Notes under the pieces: generated by a model
What the model was told of the DNA's origin: nothing
Seen by the model: the letters and a program-made list of their open reading frames with translations, nothing else
Database searches by the model: none
Origin: Dictyostelium discoideum
Taxonomy: Eukaryota
NCBI GenBank assembly: GCA_000004695.1
Contig: CM000153.2
Span: 1,920,001 to 1,984,000, forward strand
Direction of reading: 5' to 3'
Length of the DNA: 64,000 nucleotides
Shown: one piece after another, positions 12,445-26,518 of the stretch
How the letters are laid out: each line of letters starts with the position of its first letter
How positions within the stretch are numbered: the first letter of the stretch is position 1
Translations under genes and position numbers: made by a program

Positions 12445-15340
12445 TTAAAAACATTTTCTATGAACAATTCCTCTACCAACTTCATCATATTCTTGTTTTG
12501 TAATCCATTGATCCGAAAAAGTTTTAAGATCACCTAAAACCGAACCACCACACCAAACACTAATATCACGATTTGGTGGTGCATTAATTTTAATTTGGAC
12601 TTGAGGATTTGAAACTAAAAGTTCCATTTCTTTTTGTAAACGTTTTTCAAAACCTGTTGCCATTGTTGAACCACCAGAAACTACAATATTTTTATAGAGA
12701 TCACGACGAATATCAATATCACAAGAGGTGATAGTTTCATTTAAGAGGTGATGAATACCATTTTGATCTTTACCTAGTACTGAAGGGTCAAAGAAAGCTT
12801 CATAACAACGGAATCTTTCTTTACCAATGGTTAAAACTTGTTTATCGGGCATCGTATAATCCTTGAGTATATTATTATCCTCTGGAGCATTCATAGAGGC
12901 ATAGAAATCTTGAGAGACAAATGAAGTTTTCTCTTTGATATCACGTACGATTTCTCTTTCGGCGGTTGTAGTGAAAGCATAACCTCTTTCAGTGAGTAAA
13001 CGCATTAAATACTCTGTGATATCACGACCACCGATATCGATTCTTTTAATTGCATGTGGAATAGAATAACCTTCATAGATTGGCACGGTATGACAAACAC
13101 CATCACCACAATCCAATACGGTACCAGTGGTACGACCAGATGCATACAAAGAGAGAACGGCTTGAATTGCTATATAAACTGCAGGAGTATTGAAATATTC
13201 AAACATTGTTTCGACCATTCTTTCTCTGTTCGCTTTTGGATTAAGTGGTGGTTCAGTTAATAAAACTGGATGTTTTGAAGCATCGACACGAAGTTCATTT
13301 GTGAATGTATATTCCCAAAGTGCTTCCATATCATTCCAATTGGTGATGATACCATGTTCAATTGGGTATTTAATATTGAGAATACCACGTTTAGCTTGAG
13401 CTTCATCACCAATGTATTTATCTTTACCCATACCATGCATAACTGAATTGAACATTGGATAACCAATGATCGATGGGAAAACACATCTTGGAGCATCTTC
13501 ACCAGCAAATCCTGCTTTAACCATACCACTACCATTATCGATAACCAATGTTTTTTCAGTGATTTTTTGAAAGAATTCAGCACGTGAACTTTTGGCTTTA
13601 ATTGATTCTTGATATTTTGCAAATGATGGTGGTTCTGGAATATTTGCTGCTTTGGCATCTGCATAGTTTTCAATGACAGCGGTCGATTTAACTGGTGGAT
13701 TAAATGATAGATCAGAGGTTTGTTTCCAAAGTTTATCCATTTCATCCTCTTCAGACTCGGTTGAAGCAACTTGTTGTTGTAATGGTACATTAATGATTGA
13801 AGGGAATTTTGGTGGAGCTTTCTCTTTCTCTAAAATAAAGAATGTCCAAGCTTCAGAACGAATTGGTTGATTTTCATAATAAACCATAACACCATAACCA
13901 CCAGCAACCGTTGGAGTATAGGTAGCAGTGAAAGTACCATCATTGTTATTCTTTATATCACCATGAATTTGAATTCCAGGTGGACCCTGTACAAATACAT
14001 AAAATCTTTGACCTGGTGGCAATTTTCCAGCCTCGATTGGATTACCTTTACTAGTACGAGCAACAATTGTAAATGTTGATAAAACACCAGGAGAACCAGT
14101 TTCTAAACCAGGTCCATATGCTTCACATTTCAATGGATCGACTAAATCTAAAGCACCAACGGAAATAGTTGGTGCTTCATCAATGTTTGATATATGTGGT
14201 TGTTGATCACCAATTGGTGTATTTTGTAAATAGATAGCAATTGCATAACCACCAGCTTTTGGTGGTGTATAAGTTACATTGTAAGTACCATTTTGTTGAT
14301 CGACAACTTTTCCATATAATTGATCACCATATTGACCTTGAATTAAAACATTAAATGTTTCACCACCTTTTGTATGTTTATTACCTTTGGCATCATATGC
14401 CTGTATTATAAAACTACATTCTCTACCAACAATACCTTTCTTTAAACCATCACCACTAACTTTACATTGTGATGCTTCAGCAATACCAATACTTGGGATA
14501 TTATTAATATTTGGAAATTCTAATTTAGTTGTGGTGGTGGTGGTTGAAGTAGTACTTATATTTGATGTTGGTGGTGATGGAAATTGATCAATAGTTGCAG
14601 TCGATTCTTTTGGTACTGATGGGAAATCCATTAATAAATCATCATTACCACCGCCACCACTACCATTTGATGGTGCAGATGGAAATTGTTCAGCTAAAGA
14701 AGTTAAAGTGAAATCAGGAATACTTTGTTGTAAATCAACTAAAGGTGGTAATGCTGGAGTATCCCAGGCTACATTATGTTTCTTTGCAATATTACTAAGA
14801 TAATAGTTTACCAATGATTCTTCAGGTGGTTTATTTGATAATCTATGTACAATCTTTGGATTGATACAACAACAATCTATACATTCCTCTGGGAATTTTT
14901 TACCAAATTTTTCAATTAATCTCTTTCTAATCTTATATAATTCAACTTGTTTATCTAAATATGGTGATGCAAATATAATACTACAACATGCTTCTTTTAA
15001 ATCTGGTGGGCATACCCTTTTTTTTTAATTTATAAAATAAATTTAAATTAATTAGTTTTGGAAATATTAAGAGTGAGTGGAGTGGTGTTATCATTAATAT
15101 TGCTTACTTTACACCTTCAATTCCTCTAATTCTATTTGCTAAAGTTTCACAATAAATAATTAAAATACCTAAAACTTCAGTGTGATAATCTTCATTAATA
15201 ACTGAAACCGTTCTAACTCTTGCTTGTTCTTCTTTACCTAATTGTAATAATTCTGCAATCTCTTTTTTATGAACATTACTTTGTTCAAAATTTTTATTTT
15301 TATGTAATACCAATCTACTATTTGCTAATTTGAGTAACAT
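12445..15340 (-). CDS. fia: Filactin: Ist1-like N-terminal domain + filamin-type Ig repeats + C-terminal actin domain. Two exons: 15340..15108 and 15016..12445.
   Basis: The C-terminal 375 aa are a complete actin fold ([31 protein letters not shown]...[20 protein letters not shown]). The middle has filamin repeats ([40 protein letters not shown]...[18 protein letters not shown]; a second repeat ...[19 protein letters not shown]). The N-terminus aligns to IST1 ([20 protein letters not shown]...[43 protein letters not shown]...[29 protein letters not shown]). A 91-nt intron runs from donor GTAAGC at 15107 to acceptor AG at 15018-15017 and is phase-consistent. The ORF-track start at 14814 is a TTG inside the exon. 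Confidence 0.8.
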
Positions 15341-15576
15341 ACTCCTATTATTTATATAAATAAAATAATCAATTATAATTATAATTAATATATTATTAAT
15401 ATTTTCTTTGAATGGATACTAAATATCAAATGAGTATACAAACATATTAGGAATTGAAAATCCTGTCATTTGAGTTTTTTATTTTTTATATATATATATA
15501 TACAAAATGTTATATTAACAAATTATAATTAATTTAACATCCAAATTTGTAGTTTATTAAAAAAAAAAAAAAAAAA

Positions 15577-15607
<31 letters not shown>

Positions 15608-15985
15608 TGAAAAAAAAGGATTTAATTTGTTCTAAAAATTCAAAAATTAAAAAAATTTAAATTAAAATAAATAAAATTTCAAATTACTTGAAAATTTAAT
15701 AAACACCTCAGTGCATGTAACCCTAACTTTCTGTTTCTGGCGAATTGTTTAATTGATTTCTATTAAATATTTATTTTAATATGAAATCAAAAAATGATTT
15801 TTTTAATTTTTTTTTTAAATATTTCATTGTTGTTTATTTTTTTTTTTTTTATTTTACAAAAAAAAAAAATTGAGTAAAACCTTTCATCAAAAATTAATAT
15901 ATAAATAAATTAATATTCATTTAATTTAAAAAATCTAAATCCATTTTTTTTTTTTTTTTTTTTTTTTAATCTGTCCACAACTCAT

Positions 15986-18051
<2,066 letters not shown>

Positions 18052-18989
18052 TTTTTTTTTTTTTTTTTATTGTAATAACAATAAAAATGTAATTATTGTG
18101 TTAAAAAAAAAATAAAAGGGGAGGGGTACTAAAAAAGGGGAAAAAAAACCGTGGCTTAAACTGAAGGCACCAAGTTCGCAAAAAAAAAAAAAAAAATTTG
18201 CAAAAATAATTTTTTATTTTTAAGAAAGAAAGTTAATATCTTCAGTTTCTGGATCACAACAAATATTGTGGGCTATTAATAATTTATTATATTTTCTCTT
18301 CGCTATTACTATTGTTTGGTTTATTTATTTGTTTATTTTTTTTTCAATTTTTGTTTGACCAAAAAAAAATAAAAAAAATAAAAAAAATAAAAAATAAAAA
18401 AAGATATTTTTTAATTTGGTTTTGAAGGTAAATATTGAACAGAAGCAACAAAATCCTCATCGATTAAATTCATTTGGGTTGGTGAAATGAAAGAATGGGT
18501 GTTGTTTTAAACGAATCCAAAAATCTCAATGTAAATTTGGTTATTTGATGATTTATAACTCCATCCTTCCAGTTTCATCAACTTCTCCGTTCTATCTATT
18601 AATACATCTTTATTACCTGTAATTGAATAATTAGTGTTTTGCTTTTATCCAACTTTTGGATAAAAGGTGTTTTTTTTGTATATCCATCTCCAACCTTATC
18701 TTTTTCACAAATATCCAATTTTTTTAAAATAAATATCCATAGTTTTTTTTTTTATATTGAGATTGTTGAAATAAAAAAAAAAATCATAAAAAAAAAAATA
18801 AAATAAAAAAAAATAAAAAAAAATAAAAAAAAAAAACGTTTTTTGAAAAAAATTAAATTTTTTATTGTTGTTTATTTATTTATTTTTTTTTTATTATAAA
18901 AAAAAAAAAAAAAATTTAGAAAAACCTTTCATCAAAAATTAATATATAAATAAATTAATATTTATTTAATTTAAAAAATCTAAATCTAA

Positions 18990-19038
<49 letters not shown>

Positions 19039-19056
19039 CATCTATCCACAACTCAT

Positions 19057-20857
19057 TTATTTTTTTGGAATTAAAATTGGATGAGCTTCAGTATTGAAAA
19101 TATATTTATCTAATGGAATAACTGACGAAGGTTGGAATGATAAATAAAGATATTTTAAAGTTTATGACATAAAGAAACTTTCTTGAGTATCATCCAAAGA
19201 TTTTCTATCATCAACATTTTTAAGACCATTATAACCATTTTCATGTCTACAAACATCTTCAATTGCTTCAAAGATTTTCCATGACCATTCTTGATATTTA
19301 ATATCACCTACAAAAAAAAAGATATTAATATACTACTAATTTACAATTATTACTAAAATTATAATTAATTAAACATACCTGTTAAACGATATAAAATGAA
19401 TAATGATTCAACAGTTTCAGGACGTAAAATATACCAACTATATGTACCATGAACATTCCAACTAATATTACCAGAATCTGGATCGACACGGAATGATTCA
19501 GGAGCTAAACCAGATGGTGAAGTTAAATAAGTTTTTACGCAAGTTTTAGTTATCATTTCACCAACTTCCATATACTTAGCAGACTTTTTATCATCTTGAG
19601 TAATATTTGCAGCGGCAGCTAATGCAAACATACCACCAGCGAAACAAGCTAAATGTTCTTGAATGTTGGTTAGAGAGTTATGATCCATGGCTGAAAGGTA
19701 ACCATCACCTTTTGGGGAAACTTTGTACAAATGTTCAATGATAGAATCAGCAGATTCAACAAATAGACGTCTATAGATTTCGTCTTCACCATTTGTATAA
19801 ATCCACATCTTTAAGAGATATTCATAATAGGAATCACCTAAACCACCAATTGTAATAAAACTACCACAGAAACCATTTGCGTCTTGATTTACAAAAACTG
19901 GAAATAGACCTGGAATGTTTGGTTTCAATTTGGAGAGAGCATCAATCACTCTATCAGAGTATTCCTTATACTTTGGATCACCTGATATTCTTGAAAGTTC
20001 ATTAAATTCTAAAAATAATGTAGATACTTCTGATAAAATTACACAACCGCCAGTCCAACCTGGATATGTCTTTCCATGAGTTGCTAATCTAATTTGTGAT
20101 GCTGGGAATGGATTTTTAGTGTCTTTTGGGAATGCATATAATAATAAATCACCAATCTCTACTGCTTTCTCTAAATACATTTCATCATTTGTTAATCCAT
20201 ACATTGTTACATGTGATCCTAAAACTCTAATAATCGTTTCAAATACTGAAACTGCCATTCCCTTTTTTTTTTTTTTTTAAAAAAATTAAAATAAAATAAA
20301 AATTAATAAACATAAACCTTAAAACCATAAATATAAATCTAATATAAACATACAGTATTTTTAGATTGTTTTAATACATTAGCAACCCAATCTCTACCTT
20401 CTTTATATTCTTTATCTAAATTCATAATTTTAAGAGTATCTAAAGAATCAATAATTGTTAGACCAAGACCAAACCATTCTTTATGACTTTTTGTTAATGG
20501 TCTTAATTCATCTTGACCCCATGCAAATTCTTTATATTTTTCCCATGCATGTTTCATTGCTCCTCTAACTTGTTCTGATCTTTTAATATTTAATTTTTCA
20601 TTTTGATAATATACTTCATCAATTTTATTATATGGATTTCCTGTTTCAATTGTATTATTAATATTATTATTATTAATATTATTATTATTATTATTATTAT
20701 TGTTTGTATTATCTTTTTTTTGAATTACATTTTTCCATTTTTCAGGAATTGTATGAGCATCGATTTTATTTGTTCCTTCAAAACTAAAAATCGTAGATAT
20801 ACCAATAAGGAAAGCTACAATTACAATTGCAAGAAACAGTTTGATTTTTGTGTCCAT
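19057..20857 (-). pseudogene. GH47 alpha-1,2-mannosidase, tandem copy 2, carrying an in-frame premature stop in the last exon. Exons: 20857..20354, 20261..19379, 19307..(stop at 19164-19162; the intact copies end at 19057).
   Basis: The structure is the same as copy 1. In exon 3 the codon that is GAA in copies 1 and 3 (…ESFFMSETLKYLYL…) is TAA here, from a single change on the plus strand: tttctgacat becomes tttatgacat. This removes the C-terminal ~35 aa, including the conserved FNTEAHP segment. It could be a genuine pseudogene or truncated allele, or a sequencing error, so confidence is moderate. Confidence 0.5.
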
Positions 20858-21722
20858 TCTTATTTTTTTTTTTTTTTTATTGTAAAAACAATAAAAATGT
20901 AATAATTGTGTTAAAAAAAAAAAAATATAAATAAAAAAAAATTAAATTTCAAGCAAAAAATAAAAGGGGTTGTCTAAAACGAAAATTTATTTAAGTTTCT
21001 AAAATGGTTGATACTTTTTGAACCTAAAAACCATGGTTAAAACTGAAGGCACCAGGTTGGATAAACATAAAATATTTTACTTTCAAAAAACAAAAGCTAC
21101 CAAATTCGCAAAAAAAATTTTTTTTGGAAAATAGTTTTATTTTTAAGAAAGAAAGTTAATATTTTCAGTTTCTGGATCACAACAAATATTGTGGGATATT
21201 AATAATTTTTTATTTTCTCTTTGCTATTACTATTGCTTGGTTTAAAAAAAATAAAAAAAAAAGATATTTTTTAATTTGGTTTTGAAGGTAAATATTGAAC
21301 CGAAGCATGATTCCAATCATAAGCAACTAAATCTTCATCGATTAAATTCACCTTAACGTTTTCCCCTTTTTTTTCCACCTTAACGTTTTCCCCTTTTTTT
21401 TTTCACCCCCACCCCCCTTTTTTTTTAACACCATATCAAATTTCGCAGTCCCCTACATTTTATTAATTTTTTCACCTTTACCCCTTTTTTTTTAACATTA
21501 TTTTATAATAATTTCCACATTATGATATTTTTATTTTCTAGTTTCAGGTATAAAAAAAAAAACAAAAAAAAGGGGAATGAATAAAGAAAAAGCAATTTTT
21601 TTTTGTTTACACACAAAAGTAGTGGGTTTATTTTTTAAAAAAAGTGAAAATTAATTTTTTTTTTTTACTCTTTATAAAATTACTAAAAATGTGGAAATTT
21701 CAACATTAATTGTTTATTTATT

Positions 21723-21759
<37 letters not shown>

Positions 21760-21968
21760 CACTTAAAAAATCTTATTTTCTCCACACACAAATTTTTTTT
21801 TCCACCTAAAATTTTTTTTTATACCAGATTTAAATGATATTTTTTTATTTTTTATTTTTTTTAATTTAAAAATTTTATTGTTGTTTATAAAAATAAATTC
21901 AGTAAAACCTCATCAAAAATTAATATAAAAAAAATTAATATTTATTTAATTTAAAAAATTTAAATCTA

Positions 21969-21999
<31 letters not shown>

Positions 22000-22016
22000 A
22001 TCGGTCCACAACTTAT

Positions 22017-22267
22017 TTATTTCTTTGGAATCAAAATTGGATGAGCTTCAGTATTGAAAATATATTTATCTAATGGAATAACTGACGAAGGTTGGAATGA
22101 TAAATAAAGATATTTTAAAGTTTCCGCCATAAAGAAACTTTCTTGAGTATCATCCAAAGATTTTCTATCATCAACATTTTTAAGACCATTATAACCATTT
22201 TCATGTCTACAAACATCTTCAATTGCTTCAAAGATTTTCCATGACCATTCTTGATATTTAATATCCC

Positions 22268-22328
<61 letters not shown>

Positions 22329-23832
22329 TACCACTAATTTACTATTATTACTAAAATTATAATTAATTAAACATACCTGTTAAACGATATAAAATGAATA
22401 ATGATTCAACAGTTTCAGGACGTAAAATATAAAAACTATATGTACCATGAACATTCCAACTAATATTACCAGAATTTGGATCGACACGGAATGATTCGGG
22501 AGCTAAACCAGATGGTGAAGTTAAATAAGTTTTTACGCAAGTTTTAGTTATCATTTCACCAACTTCCATATACTTAGCAGACTTTTTATCATCTTGAGTA
22601 ATATTTGCAGCGGCAGCTAATGCAAACATGCCGCCAGCGAAACAAGCTAAATGTTCTTGAATGTTGGTTAGAGAGTTATGATCCATGGCTGAAAGGTAAC
22701 CATCACCTTTTGGGGAAACTTTGTACAAATGTTCAATGATAGAATCAGCAGATTCAACAAATAGACGTCTATAGATTTCGTCTTCACCATTTGTATAAAT
22801 CCACATCTTTAAGAGATATTCATAATAGGAATCACCTAAACCACCAATTGTAATAAAACTACCACAGAAACCATTTGCGTCTTGATTTACAAAAACTGGA
22901 AATAGACCTGGTATGCTTGTTTTCATTTTGGATAGAGCATCAATCACTCTATCAGAGTATTCCTTATACTTTGGATCACCTGATATTCTTGAAAGTTCAT
23001 TAAATTCTAAAAATAATGTAGATACTTCTGATAAAATTACACAACCGCCAGTCCAACCTGGATATGACTTTCCATGAGTTGCTAATCTAATATTTGATGA
23101 TGGGAATGGTTTTTTAGTGTCTTCTGGGAATGCATATAATAATAAATCACCAATCTCTACTGCTTTCTCTAAATACATTTCATCATTTGTTAATCCATAC
23201 ATTGTTACATGTGATCCTAAAACTCTAATAATCGTTTCAAATACTGAAACCGTCATTCCCTTTTTTTTTTAAAAAAAAAAAAAATAAATTAAAATAAAAT
23301 AAAAATTAAAAAACATAAACAATAAAACCATATATATATATCTATTACATACAGTATTTTTAGATTGTTTTAATACATTAGCAACCCAATCTCTACCTTC
23401 TTTATATTCTTTATCTAAATTCATAATTTTAAGAGTATCTAAAGAATCAATAATTGTTAGACCAAGACCAAACCATTCTTTATGACTTTTTGTTAATGGT
23501 CTTAATTCATCTTGACCCCATGAAAATTCTTTATATTTTTCCCATGCATGTTTCATTGCTCCTCTAACTTGTTCTGATCTTTTAATATTTAATTTTTCAT
23601 TTTGATAATATACTTCATCAATTTTATTAAATGGATTTCCTGTTTTCTTATAATTTTTATTATTATTATTATTATAATTATTATTATTATTATTTTGAAT
23701 TACAATTTTCCATTTATCAGGAAATCTTTGGGCATCGATTTTATTTCTTCCATCAAAACTCAAAATAGTAAATATACTAATAAGGTAAGCTACAATTGCA
23801 ATTGCAAGGAACAGTTTGATTTTTGGGTTCAT
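22017..23832 (-). CDS. GH47 alpha-1,2-mannosidase, tandem copy 3 (intact). Exons: 23832..23353, 23259..22377, 22267..22017.
   Basis: The exon structure and splice sites match copy 1 (donor GTATGT after ...QSKNT; acceptor AG then GGA-ATG; final acceptor ...TTTAG|GGGATATT). Exon 3 is full-length (…[39 protein letters not shown]). The Asn tract is short. Confidence 0.75.
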
Positions 23833-24589
23833 TCTTTTTTTTTTAAGGGTAATAAAAATAAAAATGTAATTATTGTGTTAAAATAAAAATAAAAATAAAA
23901 AATTTTAAGCAAAAAGTAAAAGGGATTGTCTACAACGAAAATTTATTTAACTTTCATAAATTATTGATTTTTTTTGAAACCTCGAAAAAAACGTGGCTTA
24001 AACTGAAATCACCACGTGGGCTTAAAATATATTTTTCTTTCAAATAAAAAATGTAAATTTGGGTATTTGATGATTTTTAACTCCCTCCCATTTTCATCAA
24101 CTTCCCTTTATTCATAATTCTGTTAATACATCTTTATTACTTGTAATTAACAAACCAATTGATCTTAATATTTCCTGTAACTATATTTTTCATTTTTGAT
24201 TGGTTCTAAATGTGAAAATTTTTGATTGGTCCAAAATGTGAATATTTTTTTTAATATTTTTTTTTGAAAAAAAAAATCGATGTTAAAATAGTTATTTATT
24301 ACCTCTAGTTTAAATATTTGGTTATTGATCCCTTGAGAAAACTAATGTCTCTGAAATTTCTTTCTCTCCATCCGTAAACTCATTTTCGATCTCATTAATT
24401 TTTCATTAAAAAAAGTTTAATTTTTGATCTTTGTTAAATGTTGTTGTCTTTATTAAAATAAAATGGATTACAGTTTTAAATAATGCTCAAAAAAAAATAT
24501 TATCTTTAAAAAAAAATAATAATATCTGTTGCAATATATTTGTGTAAACACAATTATTGTAAGATATTTGTTTTAGGGAAATTTTTTTT

Positions 24590-25039
24590 GAAATTTCACT
24601 GCCTTAAGGGTAGCGAGTTTTCACACTAAAATGCACTACCTTAACGGTAGTAAGTTTTCACACTGAAATCCACCACCTCGCCCACGTGGGAAAAATTTAC
24701 GTGGTGAGTTTTTAATTTCGGTTGTAAAAATTTTTAAACATAAAATCAAATATAAAAAAAAAAATTTTCAAATAAAGATCGTAATCAATTTTTAATTTTT
24801 CCAACATAATCAACCTTATTATTTTTTATTTATTTCTTAATTTTTTTATAGTATTTCTCAAATAAAAGATTTTAACATGAGCAATAATTTAGGGGAGTAT
24901 TTAAGTTATTTTATTAAATAATAAATAATAAATTTTAAATTATTGTGGAAATGTTCAACATGGTAGCTTCTCTACATTTGGATAAATATATAAAATAATT
25001 ATAAAAAAAGATATATAATACAAAAATTTTATATACTAA

Positions 25040-25110
<71 letters not shown>

Positions 25111-26060
25111 ATCAACATTCCGATTTTGATCATGAGGAAATTTACCTACGCTCTACCAATTTCCCTTTGGTAGGGCGTAGGTCTCGTAAGCCCAATAGTT
25201 CAATACCAAAGGGATCAACAAAGATTCTTTTGAGCGAACGGATCATAGTGAAGATAGAGTAAGTGGCAGCCCTATAGACGCTTATGATAAACGAGGTATG
25301 AATAGTATGGATACAGCACAGATCTAGCAGAAAACATCAGAACCTCAGATAATCAGGCCATAGTGGTAAATTGTAAGGATATGGAAGTCAAAACTTCAAC
25401 TCAACAATCAGTGGTCTGAAAAACTACTGGATTGGATGAGTATCAAAGACCGTCCAACTTAGCAAGTCTCAGTGATGACGTGAATTTTCTAAAAGGTGAT
25501 GATCAACTTAAAGTATATTATTGGCAGAACCTCAATTAAAGTCAAAAAGTTAAAAGCTAAGACTGTTAAGCAACTAATGGTAAATGTTAAAAACCCAATA
25601 TCCATTGAACAACGTAAACAAGCTGTTGTAAAATTCATTAAAGATCCAACCACCGACCAAAGGTTTATTAGTGGATTAATGGATTTGGTTAATTTTCAAA
25701 ATTCTCACTCAATGAATAGTAACAAACCAGATAAAACTAAATTTGAATTAATTAGTAACATATGTTTCAAATGATGCATTGACATTCTCTTGGACAAGAA
25801 ATCATTAGATTTAGAAAACCAACGTGGTAAACCATAACTATAATACCTCATAATAATCTTAAACACTAAACCTTGGATTCCAGCCTCATCTTGAACTTTA
25901 AATGGTTCAAAAGAAATTAACATTTTTAATAAATTTGGTGCAATCTGAAATCCAGTTGAAAGAAGAGGTGGTAAATCATTGGAAAGAACATCATAACATT
26001 TTAAGGTTATTATCAGATTTAATATTTTGAAAATTAAAATCTAAAGGCGGAGTGTTGTTT
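24590..26060. mobile_element. Patch of atypically GC-rich (about 40-45% GC), non-coding-looking DNA containing short tandem repeats and a long hairpin. Putative transposable-element remnant; family not identified.
   Basis: The composition departs sharply from the surrounding intergenic DNA, which is below 15% GC. There is a two-copy tandem motif at 24601-24680 (taccttaa[c/g]ggtag..agttttcacact.aaat). A 14-bp stem hairpin lies at about 25147-25187 (ctacgctctaccaa…ttggtagggcgtag). Only short unconserved ORFs are present (25496-25774 plus strand, 25705-25923 minus strand). I found no LTR, TIR or tRNA by eye. Confidence 0.35.
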
Positions 26061-26518
26061 CAGTATAAAAATAATTATAAATAATTTCCAATATAAATAG
26101 AAAATTTTTAAAATAAAGATTATAATCAAATTTTGTAAATTTCCCAACATAATCAACCTTGTTATATTATGTATTTCTTAATTTATTTTAAAAAAACAAA
26201 AAGTTTCACAAATTACACATTAAGTAAAAAAGTTTTAAAAATGAAAAAAATTCTTGTCATAATTCAACTTTTTTAAAAAAAAAAAAAAAATTATACAAAT
26301 TAATTAAAAGATAAAAGTATTTATATTTTTTAGGGTTACTATTTTAAAATATAGAACATATGGGACAAATTTAAAATAAAATTAAGAAATATTCATTTTT
26401 TTTTTATTTTTTATATCACTTTGTGTGTTTACTAAATTAATAATATTGTTTTTTTAAATGATTGTTTTTTATTTTATTTAAATTTATTTAATAAGATGAG
26501 TGATTGAAAATAAGGTTT

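Noticed and set aside
13054-14587. Several short ORFs on both strands inside 12445-14814 (13054..13260, 13190..13399, 13257..13790, 13673..13870, 13867..14079, 14387..14587)
   Set aside because: They are fully nested in, and out of frame with, the strongly conserved filactin coding exon. The actin and filamin homology marks the true frame.
15104-15340. Stand-alone 78-aa ORF upstream of filactin
   Set aside because: It is not an independent gene. It is exon 1 of filactin, joined through a 91-nt intron.
25130-25200. Possible tRNA-like sequence (GCTCTACCAA resembles a reversed D-arm)
   Set aside because: It is part of a simple 14-bp inverted repeat. There is no acceptor stem, anticodon arm or T-loop (no GTTCGA/ATCC box B). 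It is not a tRNA.
25496-25923. ORFs 25496..25774 (plus, 92 aa) and 25705..25923 (minus, 72 aa) in the GC-rich island
   Set aside because: They are not low complexity, but they are short, they overlap each other, and they lack recognisable domains. I treat them as possible decayed transposon ORF fragments rather than genes. They are kept under the mobile-element feature.
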